From Octopus sinensis (lineage: Eukaryota): a stretch of 64,000 bases of DNA. Location: positions 31,372,001 through 31,436,000 of the forward strand of contig NC_043012.1 in the NCBI RefSeq assembly GCF_006345805.1, written 5' to 3'. This document shows positions 1 to 14,316 of this stretch, one piece after another. The notes beneath the pieces are model-generated. The model had not been told where the DNA came from. It searched no databases and worked only from the letters and a program-made list of their open reading frames with translations. The position numbers were made by a program, and so were the translations under genes. Numbering within the stretch: the stretch's first letter is position 1; the number at the start of each line of letters is the position of its first letter.

Positions 1-1
1 T

Positions 2-84
<83 letters not shown>

Positions 85-175
85 TATGTATGTATATACA
101 CATATAAGAATGGTTGTGTTTGTGTGAGTATGTGTGCACGTGTATGTGTGTGTGTGGGTGTATGTGTGTGCGTGT
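1..175. repeat. (TA)n microsatellite grading into (GT)n
   Basis: Near-perfect TA array at 1-100, followed by GT-rich degenerate repeat. Confidence 0.95.
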
Positions 176-938
176 TGCAGTAAATTTGCTGATACCCATG
201 ATCTCAATATTAAAAGAGTTAGGGCTTTTTTTCATATTCATCACATTGCTGCAGCATGACGAGGATGTTTCTACTTTCCTCTTTTTTGGGAGACATCTTA
301 CAGTTCTAACAAATCTAATCAAATATAATTCGATATTTTGTTCGTTCACAAAATATCTATATGAGGTTGAATGACATAAATCGTGATGAAATTTTTGCTG
401 TCCAACTATTCTACATATTTTATTCCAGCAAAGTTCGTGCACAGGTCATATCGAAAAAGCATGGATACCTGCTGTGAAAGTTCCAAGCTCACGTAATTGA
501 CAGATGCTGTTATAAATGATATTTATGCAACTCTTATCCAGTATAACCAATCTAATTTTAAATGTCTTAGTTATTGTCCTTGAGGCTGAAATTATAGAAG
601 ATCCACCATTTTCCACGCATGACCTCATTAAAACAATGTTTGACTCCTGCTACTGAGATATAATATGAAATTAGGAAAACTGAGGAACGAAAGGATAACA
701 GCGGAGGGCATATAATAACATCGAATATGAACATATGTACAAATATAATCATCATTTAATAGAACATAGGTTAAAGCAGTGAGTAAACGCAAACGATTAG
801 GCAATGTAAGACAAGGACATTTAATTTCATTTAATTCAATCTAAAAGTTGGATACATAACGAATCATAAAAATAGTACAAAATAGTAAAGATAGCCTCTG
901 CCAGCTGTTTCTAGCCTATCCCAGGTATCCTCCATGCC

Positions 939-1170
939 TATTTCTTTACTACCCACAAGGGGCTAAACACAGAGGGGACGAACAAGGACAGACAAACGAA
1001 TTAAGTCGATTATATCGACCCCTGTGCGTAACTGGTACTTATTTAATCGACCCCGAAAGGATAAAAGACAAAGTCGACCTCGGCGGAATTTGAACCCAGA
1101 ACGTAGCGGCAAGCGAAATACCGCAAAGCATTTCGCCCGGCATGCAAACGTTTCTGCCAGCTCGCCGCCT
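939..1170 (-). mobile_element. tRNA-derived SINE, family A (head GGCGAGCTGGCAGAA, B-box GAGTTCAAATTCC, central GACTTTGCCTTTCATCCTTTCGGGGTCGAT domain resembling the Meta-SINE domain)
   Basis: Reverse complement of the copy at 12662-12889; Pol III A/B-box-like motifs; many copies in the window. Confidence 0.85.
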
Positions 1171-2334
1171 TATGATATCCTTCATACCGTGGCTGAAAGA
1201 TAAAAGGGGTTCACTCCACTGCTTGCAGTATATATATCAGGTGTAGATTGCATTGAATAACCAGCTGTAGGGGGCATTCTCTTGGGGTTAAAAATAGCAG
1301 TAATGTCGGTTCCTACAGCCAAGTTTAAGTGCTGATAAACGTCACTTCTCAGTATAGTTACTGATTTTATCACTTATTGAAATTTTCTCAACTAGTCAAT
1401 TTGAATAACTTTTCCTTCTCTTTAATTGCTAAAACCTTTGTTAAAGAACTTTTGAATTTTGTTGGTTCTGGAATTGCTTGGCATATTTGAACTATCATAA
1501 CTTTCTCTGATCGTTTCCCACTCGTTTTTCTAACAAAATACCGCAGCCGACGTTTTAGAAGATCTATGAGTTCATTTCCTTTAAGGACACTAGAATCTTT
1601 TGAATCTTTGGCCGCATCACGTTACAAATTTATCAACTAAAAACAACCGCACTATCTCTGCATGGGCATACGAACGCTATAAAAGACATCCAAATCGTAA
1701 ACGACACACTACCACCTTCAAACAAGTAAAGACACATAGGCTGATGTGGTCTTTATGCATTCTGCATTGAAGAAAGAATGGTTGGTCAAGGCTTTTGATC
1801 ATGGCTTGCAGGATAAAGGTGATAACGACACCATCTAAATTGTATCTCTTTAAATTTACTTATATATAATTTGAGAGGTGGACTAACTGACTTGTGAAAT
1901 GATGAAATAATGTAACATTCTAGGCTGTGATCAGGAATATCCTCATTATCAGACCTATACTTTGTTCAATTCCTATACTTACCATTACTACATAACATTT
2001 GTTTGGTTCCTTTATTTGGTATTTCTCTAGGTATATTTATACTCAAACATTGAAATACAGGAAGCACGAAAGAAAAACAAAAAAACTAAAAAACCGGGTG
2101 ATTTTATTCTCTTCAACCATAATCTCTTCAAGGGAATTAAACCATACAATCTCTTTTTTCGATCATAAAGTTGCTTTAATACTTTTCTAGAATTCTCAGT
2201 GGAAGTCTAAATTTAGTTCATGTCAAATTAACATTTCGCTTGAATATAACCTGAAATGAAATAATAGCGTCTCTTGAGAAAAATAAAAAGTTCAACTAAT
2301 AGCAGAGTGAATCGTGAACGTATGGGAATGTATG

Positions 2335-2405
2335 TTTATATATGTATATGCATATATATATGTGTTTCTGAGTCTGTATGCATAAATACATGCGCATATA
2401 TATAT

Positions 2406-2461
<56 letters not shown>

Positions 2462-2479
2462 AAAGAGAGAAAAATGGAG

Positions 2480-2513
<34 letters not shown>

Positions 2514-2580
2514 TGAGAGAGAGATTGTGTGTGTGTGTGTTTGACATAGAAAGAGAGAGTGAAAGAGAGAGAGAAAGAAG
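2335..2580. repeat. Compound (TA)n/(AG)n/(GT)n microsatellite
   Basis: Directly visible simple repeats. Confidence 0.9.
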
Positions 2581-3610
2581 GGGATAAACGTTTTTGCTTC
2601 AATTTCTTTGGTTTTTAGCGCCGTAATTGACACTCAGTGTGTTGGAAACAAAACGATCGCATGATTTATCAGTGACAGACATATGTATACATTTTATTCG
2701 ATTCAAACTATTTGCTTTAGGCTTTGCCGAGAACTTTTAACTATTCACTAAATCCACAGAACTTCATATCACCAAAAACATTGAATCAAAAAACATTGTA
2801 CAAAAATTATCTAGACCCGTCAAAGAAATGTTGATGTATTAAAGAAACGGTTATTTAAATTAATTCCTTTTTCAAGGAAAATCAAATAAGGATAGTCGTG
2901 CATTTATTATGGGTCTAATATTACCATAAACTCATTTCAAATTTCAAAATTACGTACGAATACTGTTATCATTCATAATATTATTTTGCAGTAACATAGT
3001 TACAGATTGAAAGGGACACCACAGTCACATGTATCATATAGTTACAAATCCACACAGTTATAAAGACCATTGCACACACAAACACACACACATACAAACA
3101 CGCACACACGCGTGTATATATACATACAATACATACATATACATACATATATGTAAATATACTTGCATAAATACAGACACATACATGCATATATATTCCT
3201 CAGAAAGAACTTTCTATGTGCAATCCCATAGTCCATAGTCATTCATGGCCGAAGGATGTCTTTATTTACACACACACGCTCACACACACATGTATATATA
3301 AGAATGAGTATGTTTATGTATACAAGAGAAGAATAAGAAGTATTTTTAAAGTATTATAGGCAGTTCAGAGATATATTAACCAAGAATCAGTTGAGGATTC
3401 ATTACATTGTGTCTCGGGATTTGAATCACATAAGATAAATGTGTGATCAATCAGTAAATACACAGAGAATAAAATTATGTATTTAACGCACCAACGATGC
3501 CGAATCTAGTTGGTGAAGGCAATCCACCCTTTTATCAAATACGCTGCAAATCAAAAAGTATATTTATAATTGTCCCCTCTGTGTCCAGCCCTGTGTGGCC
3601 AATAAAGAAA

Positions 3611-3765
<155 letters not shown>

Positions 3766-4513
3766 TTTTAGATGAACACGCATACGCTTAGGGAGAGACA
3801 TACTCGCGCATAGATACATGCAGACAAACATATAATCTAGAGTTTCCATGTGCGTGTTACAAAATTCGCTTTAAGTTGATGTAATCGATTTAACCGCCTC
3901 CTCCCTCGAACTTTCTGGCCTCGTGCCAAAATTTGAAAGCATTATTTAGGAGCAAAGTCTGATAAAATAAACCAACGCTTAGTGAAAGGAGATGTAAGGC
4001 AATAGACAAAATTTACATAAAATTATAAGTGAGGGCAGATCAGAGAATCTATTTTGGTAGTGGAATTGTGAAAGTATTATTTCTATTGAAATTATTGAGA
4101 TCTAAAAGAAAATTCAGGAAGCTGACAGCTTGTATTTCTCTATATATGGTTATGCATTTTACTCTGTGTGTGCGTATGCGTGTGAATGCGTGTGCGCTGC
4201 ATTTGCGTGTATTAATGGGTGTAGGTATGTTTGTATGTATATGTGTGTGTGTGTGTGTGTGCTTTAAAAAGTCTTTAGAACTTATGAAGAGTAACACCCA
4301 TGACTCTTTTCCGAACCTTCAAAAATTGGTGGGAGAAGGGGTCAAAGTTCTTTCCAGGTGTTACACCTGGTCCAAAATACTTGCAACAATGTTTTACTCT
4401 TAAAACACCCAATCGTCAAAACTGGGTGACTGATTTAGCAAGCAAAACTTAACCTATTTATACATTTAGTGATTGAAACCTCATCTAAGTTAATCAAATA
4501 CGAAATTTATAAA

Positions 4514-4516
<3 letters not shown>

Positions 4517-4601
<85 letters not shown>
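4517..4601. repeat. (AG)n microsatellite
   Basis: Perfect AG array. Confidence 0.95.
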
Positions 4602-4604
<3 letters not shown>

Positions 4605-6029
4605 TGAAGTAATAGGATAAACAATATGTGAAAAAGTAACAGATAAGAAGTTGTCTTGTCATTACTGATAATAACATTGTTAAGATTAAACCAAAAACAA
4701 ATCAATTAATATATTGTGAATATGGATTTTTAACCAACGTTCTAGGGTGAACTTCATGCATGGCTAGCTTAGCTCTTGAAGGAATCAATACAAAAAATAA
4801 TACGAATTACCTAAGATTGAATATAGCAATTCTATACTTCAAAACGGAGCTTTACTAAAATATAATAAAAGGAGAATAAAATAAATAAATATAGATTAAA
4901 AAAATAATATCGAAAATCAATAGTCGTTTCTTTCCACCGACATCTGAAATGTATGAGGTATTCCATCCAAGAAGTTACTCTTATGTCTTTGGTAATACAG
5001 TTTATTTTTTTCCTGAATGAAAAACAGTCTTACAACAAAAATCCTTATAACAAGAATAACTCAAAAGCGTAGTTTTATTTCATAAAAACCCACCAAAAAT
5101 CTTGGACATCTTCCAAAGAAGTCTATCTGTAACTATTGTCATTCTTGGGGTTATTTTTTTGTTCAGTTTCGAAAACAAAAGACGTTAATTATTACATGGA
5201 AATACGAAAATGACCACTATCCTTTCTCACTTACTTGACTATTTTTAGACATCGATCAGATATTTTATTACCATATAACCAACAACAGAAATGTAATGGC
5301 GATTAATTTATAGCATGAAGAATGTTTTAGCATTATTGTAAAGTTTTTGAATAACTTTTTAATAAATAAAGAATCGCTATTTCAATATCATTTCATTTTC
5401 TAAATATATTGAACACACAGAAAAGAAACGACAGAAACAGTAAGTATAAGAAGAAAAGTAGTAATAAAAGTAAATAAAAACATGAAGTTATAAAAAGAAA
5501 TCAAAGAAGAAGATAAAGAAGATGACGTGAAAGATAAAGAAAAAAGATTGATGAGAAGTTGAGAAGAAGAAATAATAATCTGATTTTATTTGTGGAGCGT
5601 TCATTAAAAATGAATTTCTTCATAAGATTTGTTTTCGTATAGTTAACTTTATGACCTATTTCCTTTGTTGTCGCTGATGTTTTTGAAACTATATTTCGCT
5701 TTCCCGTCTTCAGTGTTTTTTTATAGTAGCAAGGACGAACCTACCAAGTGAAATACTCTTCTCCGGCGAAATGATTCATTGACGCAGTTTAAAGGTGATC
5801 TGTGAAAACTATGTACATTTTCTCCTAAGCAGAATGTACAACTTTTATTTAGAATATTTATATAAAATCAAATCAAGAAATATACTTTAATCTAAGTTTC
5901 GGTTTTCGTAGAACGACAGCAAGTTACTTGTATCAAAAATTAGATTACTGTTCTCATTTGCATCAATGTTAGACCCTCTGTCTAAGTATGAAAATAAAAT
6001 TCGTGTGTATGAGTGTGTTTGTGTGTGTT

Positions 6030-6069
<40 letters not shown>

Positions 6070-6429
6070 TGCGTGCGTGCGTGCGTGCGTGATAAATATT
6101 AGTGTGTAGCAGTATGAAAATATATATGTCTATAAAGAATGCCACAAATGCTCAATGTTAGAAAGACGTGTCACTGATTAGGAAAATCATGGTTGGAAAA
6201 TTTCGGCGCAGAAAGACAAAACTGAGTATGACATATAATACTTATCTGAGACTTTGACAGATTATTCAGCCGTAGATTTTGTAACGAGCAGACGTGAGTA
6301 ACGTAACGACAGTAATAGGTACATTAAAAGTAACATGACGAAAGAGAGTTTGTCCATACCTTTCAATTGAGGTAATTGTACAAACAATCACGACCAGAAG
6401 AGAAATATTCTCGAGGGGACACGTGCCTA

Positions 6430-6808
6430 CAGTACAAGGACCGAAATTTGTGGGGAGGGGGCCAGTCGATTAGATCGACCCCAATATGCAACTAGTACTT
6501 TATTTATCGACCCCGAAAGGATGAAAGACAAAGTCGACCTCGGCGGAATTTGAACTCAGAAAGTAAAGACAGACGAAATACCTATTTCTTTACTACCCAC
6601 AAGGGGCTAAACACAGAGAGGACAAACAAGGACAGACAAACAGATTAAGTCGATTATATCAACTCCAGTGCGCAACTGGTACTTATTTAATCGATCCCGA
6701 AAGGATGAAAGGCAAAGTCGACCTCGGCGGAATTTGAACTCAGAACGTCACTGCTGACGAAATACCGCAAAGCATTTCGCTCGGCGTGCTAACATTTCTG
6801 CCAGCTCG
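6430..6808 (-). mobile_element. Family A SINE with two tandem body units
   Basis: One head at ~6766-6808 and two successive copies of the body (ATCGACCCCGAAAGGATGAAAG occurs twice). Confidence 0.85.
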
Positions 6809-7497
6809 AAGAAATAATATAAATACTATTAATGGATTTAATTTTCAACACTAATTAAAACTTGTCACTGCAACTTGATCCTCAGCGACACAATATCTCG
6901 AACCAACGAAACTAAATTCCAATGAGCTCATTGCATGTCTTGAATGTGATATTGTAAATTTACAATCAATGTGAAAGCGAAAGCTGTAATAGAATCTAAA
7001 TGTCTCTGAAGCTGTATGAATTGTGGTATAATTGAATATTTAAAGCGTTACAATTTTCAAATTAGTCACCATAGACCATTATGGAAGATCAATTTGCAAA
7101 ACAGAGAGCAGCTAGCAAAAGTTTTAATAAGATGAATAATGCACGTGGGAGAGACATATATATATATATATACAAACAAACACACAGAGGGAGAGAGAGA
7201 AAGCAAGAACAACACACGTAAGAGTCAGTGAATGATTGAATAACAGAGATAGAGACAGTCGCTGTTAGGGGATGGTGAGATATAAATGCATTAGAAGTTA
7301 TGCAGTTCTACATAAGAGATATCATTGCAAGAAAGTAGAACAATGCAAGATGAAGAAAATAAACATACATATATACATATATATATATAATTTCAACAAT
7401 TGAGGGCAAAATTAATTAATTATTAATCAATTTCACCAATGTCAGTATGCAAAGGGACCATTCAACGAATTCAAATTATTACATATATAAAAGGGCT

Positions 7498-7569
<72 letters not shown>

Positions 7570-7629
7570 ATATATATATATATAATATATATAATATATG
7601 TGTTGTGTGTGTGTATGTGTGTGTGTTGA

Positions 7630-7865
7630 AGGCGCATGGCTTAGTGGTTAGGGTGTTGCACTCACGATTGCGAGATCGTGGGTTCGATTCCCAGACCGAG
7701 TGTTGCGCTGTGTTCTTGAGCAAAGCACATCATTTCCGCATCTGACATGTGGTACATAAAGCACCTGTAAAGGTAAATGTCAATTTGATGGAGGGAGTGA
7801 GCTTATGTGTACACAAACATTTGATCACTAGGAACAAATCATCTGAGTGGTTGTTCGGCAAGAAA
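7630..7865 (+). mobile_element. tRNA-derived SINE, family C (GGCGCATGGCTTAGTGGTTAGG...GGTTCGATTCC...TTCTTGAGCAAAGCAC, CORE-like)
   Basis: A-box TGGCTTAGTGG and B-box GGTTCGATTCC; related copies at 44894 (+) and ~49905-50228 (-). Confidence 0.75.
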
Positions 7866-7867
7866 TT

Positions 7868-8575
7868 CTTTTCTTTTATAAACCATTAGGGCTTGACATA
7901 GAGGGACGATGCATGCCATACGGGTGGGGTCATACATACATGCATGTATACAGTTTTAACAATGGTAAAAAAGGCTAAAAATTGCAGGTGTAAATATATA
8001 AAAGAAAAGCAGTACCGAAAAGGAGTGAGGGTATTCTGGGTTGGTCGTGGAAACCCCACAGGCCACAAGTCAACCTGTTCGCTAGGGCAAAAGCCTAGAA
8101 GTTTATGCTCAAGTTAGACCCATTCATTCGCATCATTCGTACAACTTTTCCCATCTTTCCTCAAATTTGCACGAGGGCAGCATCTCCCTCTCCAGCTTCA
8201 GTTTTCTTATTAAGTGGAACCTGGAATAGTTAATTAAACCACTTCCGGAGAGAAAGGTGCCCGTCCTCAAACCCTTCACTCGTGAGCCACACAACCTCTT
8301 TTGCAATAGCCACTAGATAGAGAAAAACTGCCTGCCTTTCCCGGTTAATGGGGCAATCTTTATGATAGACTCAGTCGACAGTTGTGCTCCTCCCAGATGC
8401 AACAGTAGGTGTTCGACATAAACTCAAAGGTCAGATATCTTCGGACACTGGACGAGTGCGTGCAGAACGGTCTCGGGCAAATCCGACTAATGGCACTTTT
8501 GTGCCTGTAAAGTTTATTCCGTAGAGGTAGTGCCCGTCGGCAGCACTGCCAAACCAGGAATTTCTGGTAGTTGTC
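7868..8575 (-). mobile_element. 3' end of an L1/Tx1-clade LINE (zinc-knuckle region of ORF2 plus 3' UTR), 5'-truncated and frameshifted
   Basis: Minus-strand translation across frameshifts gives WQCCRRALPLRNKLYRH...ICPR...TVLHALVQCPKI...FLYLVAIAKEVVW...KFEERWEK, with a stop near 8095 and an A-rich 3' end near 7870. Confidence 0.75.
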
Positions 8576-8589
8576 TATGAGCGTATGTT

Positions 8590-9766
8590 GTCACTTTGGT
8601 CCTCTACCACACGGGCCCATCGAAAATAACTTACCCCTGGAAGCCCTATTCGTCATGGACAATGTACCTGCTCACCAACCTAATCTAGAAGATAACATCT
8701 TCGAAGGTTCTCTACCTTCCACTCAACACCACCCCTATTTTGCAGTCCATGGGCCAGCAGGTGGTTTCTACTTTCAAGAAGCTCTTCCCCAAGTACTTTT
8801 TGCATCGCTGCTTTGAGGTGACAGAGAGCACAAACCTCACCAGTCGAGAGTTCTGGAATGACCACTGTAACATCGTGACATGCATCAGAATTATCGCTAT
8901 GGCTTGGCAGGGTGGTACAAAGGGAACCTTAACCTCTGCTTGAAAGAAGCTGTGGCCTGAGGTTGTGTCTGAAACGGATTTTTAAAAACTCGAACCCGAA
9001 GCAGCAGTAGTGGAGGGGATTGTATCCATTGGCAAGTCCATGGGCCTCGATATGGATGAAAGTGGCATCAACGAGTTCATCCAGGAGCACGCCGAGGAAC
9101 TGATACGGGAGGAGCTTAAGGAGTTACAGACGCAGCAACACAGGGAAGTTTTGCAGGAAATAGGGGACACGGAGGTGGTTATCTCTACAAGTGCAATAAA
9201 GGAAATGTTGGAAACGTGGGAGAAACTTTCAGACTTTATTCAAAAGAAACACCCAGAAAAAGTTGCAACTGTGTGTGCGTGGCGCTATTCACCGACACTT
9301 GCCTAACACATTTCAGAAACATTCTGAAAGGGAGGATCAAACAACCTCATTGGACAGGTTTTTATCGAAAACACCTGCAGATGAAAGTGAGGAAAGCGTG
9401 GCGAAAAGGGTAAAAATCAGCGAATAAGATTCAATCATTCAGTTCAGCCTTTCTCCTCCACCTCTGTCACCATTCTCAAGTCGTTTCATCTTCAAGGTAA
9501 ATGCTGTACGTTATACCTCATAAAGCCAGTTTATTGCAGTACATTCTATTGTAATGTTTTGTTATACAATATTCGTTATTTGTGAGTACATTTTTCTGAT
9601 TTAAAAATGCGTAACAGAAAAAACCCCAAAACATTGCGGTGTTTTTTGTGGGGTTCGGAACGGATTAATGGCATTTCAATTCCTTTCAATGGGAAAAATT
9701 GATTTGACATACGAGTAGTTTGAGTTACGAGCTCCGTCACGGAACGAGTTAAACTCGTGAGTCAAG

Positions 9767-9770
<4 letters not shown>
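8590..9770 (+). mobile_element. Decayed Tigger/pogo DNA transposon, 3' half with terminal inverted repeat
   Basis: DDE_1-type motifs ENNLPLEALFVMDNVPAH, QSMGQQVVSTFKK, HRCFEVTE..LTSREFW and IVSIGKSMGLDMDE; Tigger-like end GGAACGAGTTAAACTCGTGAGTCAAGGTA at ~9741-9769. Confidence 0.85.
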
Positions 9771-9802
<32 letters not shown>

Positions 9803-9915
9803 AATATATATATATATGTATGTATATGTATATATGATATATGTGTGTGTATATATATATATATATATAAATATATATATGTATATATATATATATAATA
9901 TATATATATATATAT

Positions 9916-9963
<48 letters not shown>

Positions 9964-10102
9964 AATATATTATATATATATATATATAAATATATATATG
10001 TATAATATATATATATATATAATATATATATATATATATAAATATATATATTATATATATATATAAATATATATGTATATATATATATAAATATATATAT
10101 GT

Positions 10103-10140
<38 letters not shown>

Positions 10141-10187
10141 AATATATATATGTATATATATATATATATAATATATATATGTTATAT

Positions 10188-10226
<39 letters not shown>

Positions 10227-10315
10227 AATATATATATGTATATATTATATATAAATATATATATGTATATATATATAATATATTAATAGATACATACATA
10301 CATACATACATACAT
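9766..10315. repeat. Long compound (TTA)n/(TA)n/(TACA)n microsatellite
   Basis: Directly visible; abuts the Tigger end. Confidence 0.95.
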
Positions 10316-10811
10316 GTACATTATATGGGGGTAGAGAGAGAGAAATAGTTAAATATAGAGCCATAATGATTGAGACAGAAATTAGAGAAATACAAGAATC
10401 GTTAGTAAGATTTATCCGCGTTCTCCCTCTTTCCATTAACTTCTTATCACTGTCTGTCTATGTATTTATAGAAATGTAATTAAAAAGTTGGTTTGATTAT
10501 TCATAGTGGCTTTAATCATAGCAAGTTTCACGATAGAGTTACATGTGAAGACGAAAAAAAATGTATTTCAGATTAGCTGAGAACATTCTCGAGCAAGCAA
10601 GGGACAAATCCGAGCGTTTATAATAATTAGGTTTCATCAGACAGATTGACCTTCGGAACTGGTTTCTGGCACCGAAGAATCTATAGAATATTGACAAAAA
10701 AACAAAAACAAAAAACAACCAAAACAATCCGAATAGTGTCGAGGGACGAGATTAATAAACAAGCAATAATTACAAATATGTTCGCTAAAATCATTAAAAA
10801 AGTTACTAACA

Positions 10812-11194
10812 GGAGCACGGATGTCTGGGTGGTAAGAAATTTGTTTCTCAGCCACGTGGTACTGGGTTCAGTCTCACTGCGTGGCATATTGGGCATGTGT
10901 CATCTTCTATAGCCCCAGGCCTTGTCATCGGATGCGGTAGATGGAAACTGAAGGAAACCCGCTATATACATACAATCATTCATACACACACACACTCAGA
11001 AACACACACGCGCACACACACTCACATAAATACATACATACATACATACATACATACATACATACATACATACATGCATACATATATACATACATATGAG
11101 ACTTCTTCCATCTTACTTGAGTCTCAATCTAAAATACGCTGTTACATGTTCTTTGAACTCGTTTTCCAGTTTCCTGAATGTGTGTGTGTGTGTG

Positions 11195-11289
<95 letters not shown>

Positions 11290-11495
11290 TGTCTGTGTGT
11301 ATGTTTTTGTGTTTGAGTTTGTCCCCCACCATCGCTTGACAGACAGTATTCGTTTGTTTATGTCCCCGGGACATAGCGGTTCGGCAAAAGACACTGATAG
11401 AATGAGTATCACGCTTTAAAACAGTGGCTGGAATTGTTTAACTACACCCGTCAAGGGGTGCTCCAGCATGACCTCAGTCAAATTACTGAAACAAA
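10812..11495 (+). mobile_element. CORE-type tRNA SINE, family B, with expanded internal microsatellites
   Basis: Head GGGTTCAGTCTCACTGCGTGGCATATTGGGCA...GGAAACTGAAGGAAACCC, then CA/TACA/TA/GT repeats, then tail TTGTCCCCCACCATCGCTTGAC...GGTTCGGCAAAAGA; matches copies at 26857, 34822 and 63705. Confidence 0.75.
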
Positions 11496-12661
11496 TAAAA
11501 GACAAAAGATAAATAAAATCATAAAATAATAAAAAAGAAAGTGTTGAAAGAGAATTTCATGTAAGTGAATGAGTATCCCCCGGGCACGTAGACTTTTAAT
11601 GTAATACTCAAACAGAATCTGTATAACACAACCCATTCTACGAGATTCCACATAGTTTCCTTTTAACCAAATCCACTTCCGAGGCTTGTGTTGAGTCAAG
11701 GCAGTCAAAGCTTTGGTAAAAGACGAGTTTGAGTCACAAATTGAACGGAAGAAAGCTAAATATCAGAAGGCCAATTTCAAAACGCCGAAAAAGAATATCA
11801 ACAGCTTGAGAGATCGAAAATTCATTATACCGAGTGCAATAATATCGCATGATCCAAAATCTGAATTTTAAAATATTTTAGTGAGAGATATTAAAAACGA
11901 TCTTATAAGAAATATAATTACAGTTTTAAAGGGAATCTCTTGGAAAAGTTATAATATTCTTCCTGTAAGAATAATCAAAAGTGTTTTGTAGGAATACGAT
12001 ATCGAAAACATAATGGAAAAAGTAAACATTTGGAAATCTTTTGTTTTAAGTCTCATCCAGATAATAAAATAAAAAGAATTCAGTAAAATTCCACATTAGT
12101 CTCTGAATAAAAGCCATCAATAAAATGAAACTGAAAGTAGCTTTTAATGCCAAACTGAAAATTTGTTTCAGAATTACTATGCATTAAAGAGATGCATGGA
12201 AGCTTGAAACCGTAAAGATCAGTGAGAATCTTTAAGAACATACCATTTGCATTCTTTAAAGGAATTACTTTCTCCAGGATATTTCTGTCATAACGATTGG
12301 CATTGTAATTTCCATAATTGTTTTGCATCGGTGGAGTTAATTAATAATTTCAGGATATGATGGAATGAACCAATATGTTTGGCGTATTGCCAAATATTGG
12401 ATGTGTTATACGGTTTATACAAGAATTCTCGAAGCATTGGACAAGTTTCTTTTCCCTCTGGATATCATAACCCACTACCTCGCCTTGAAGCCAATATTCG
12501 GAGCAGGTGATCGTGGGCTACGTGGAAACTAAAGAAAGATTTCCCTGCTGTCGCCTGCCAGGAAGATCCAGTCTCATTTACTGCAGAATCTGCTCAACTA
12601 GCTTGTCGGAGTCCTAACTGCATGTTTTGTATTGAATGAAACACAATTGGTATAATTTCTC

Positions 12662-12889
12662 GGCGAGCTGGCAGAAACATTAGCAAGCCGAGCGAAATGC
12701 GTAGTCGTATTTCGCCTGCCGTTACGTTCTGAGTTCAAATTCCGCCGAGGTCGACTTTGCCTTTCATCCTTTCGGGGTCGATAAATTAAGTACCAGTTAC
12801 GCACTGGGGTCGATGTAATCGACTTAATCCGTTTGTCTGTCCTTGTTTGTCCCCTCTGTGTTTAGCCCCTTGTGGGTAGTAAAGAAATA
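12662..12889 (+). mobile_element. Full-length family A SINE with 13-bp TSD
   Basis: GGTATAATTTCTC at 12649-12661 and again at 12890-12902. Confidence 0.92.
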
Positions 12890-13478
12890 GGTATAATTTC
12901 TCTCGTTATATATCTTCAAGATATGGCAAGGAAGCAACGGATAGCAAACTTTCTCTTCAATGATTAGGTTATAACCTAAGAATAATATTGATTTCTGACA
13001 AAGCCTAAATATAGTATTGATTTCTAACTTACACACAAGTCGTCACATTCACAAGAGCGAATATTACATCGACCCCAGTATTTAACTTGTGTTTTAATTT
13101 ATCCAGTCCCCCGCCCACAAAAAATTGAAGGTTGACTGATCCGAATTTGAACTCAAATGTTAAGTGAGGTACCATATACGAGAAGAAACTTTGCACTTCA
13201 CAACAACATGAAACAGTATAATATTTATAGAACGAAGTTTCAAAAGATAAGGAAAATAAATAGGTTTTCATTAATAACGAGATTTCCAATTGTTATACGA
13301 ATATATTCTAAGCTTGCTTGGATTAAATCCTCCCACAGACTTTGGTGGTATTTTGTCAGGTAAACACAATTGTTACGCGTTCCTCAGGCATAGTTATTGA
13401 TTATATGAACAAAGAAGGAATTTCTTTTTCAGAGGACTTTAGAATGGTGGTTGTTGCTTAGAAACAAATAAAATGTAC

Positions 13479-13479
<1 letters not shown>

Positions 13480-13555
<76 letters not shown>

Positions 13556-13594
13556 CATACATATATATATACATACATACATACATATATATAT

Positions 13595-13625
<31 letters not shown>

Positions 13626-14040
13626 TATATATATATATATTATATATATATATACACATACATATGTACAAATATTATACATACTTAAACATACTTACAA
13701 ACACATATATATATATTTTTCGAATACCTTCACACATGTATGCATGCACAGACACACACACACAAACACACACACATACACACACAACTCACACAAGCAT
13801 ATATATCTGTATTAGATATACCTATATATATATAAATATATATATGATTATATATACAATATCGTTTTGTATTTATACGTATACATACGCATATATTTAC
13901 CTATGTGTACATACATATATATATATGTCTTTATTTGTAAAGATATATATATATATATATACATATATATTTACGTATATATATGTATTTACATACATAC
14001 AACTACGTACATACATATATTGTGTATGCATGTATGTGTA
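13480..14040. repeat. Compound (TA)n/(TACA)n/(CA)n microsatellite block
   Basis: Directly visible. Confidence 0.9.
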
Positions 14041-14316
14041 AGCTCACTATACTACATATAGACACAGTATGTATCCATCAAAATAAAGTACTTGAATAGA
14101 CATACTCTGAAATCAAGATTTGTGACTTTGTCGTAATTGAATACCCAGAGGTTATTCTGTATATTTTACTAACAGTCAAGCATTTTCAATCGAGTTATTC
14201 TGGCTCTTTATTCTCCTTATCTGTCATTTAAGAAGTAATTTTTAACTTCGACAATTTACATTGCCATTATTGAAAGAGAAATAAAGGGTTGCATCACTGC
14301 ATATCCTCCTTTTTTT

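Noticed and set aside
180-760. Hydrophobic GPCR-like fragments here and at 56618-56917
   Set aside because: No DRY or NPxxY motif in proper order. Hydrophobic runs are expected from T-rich DNA.
11740-12640. Coding-looking stretch (WNEP..., GYDGMNQYVWRIAKYW...)
   Set aside because: About 10 stops in 300 codons in the best frame, several frames equally plausible, weak splice sites and no identifiable family.
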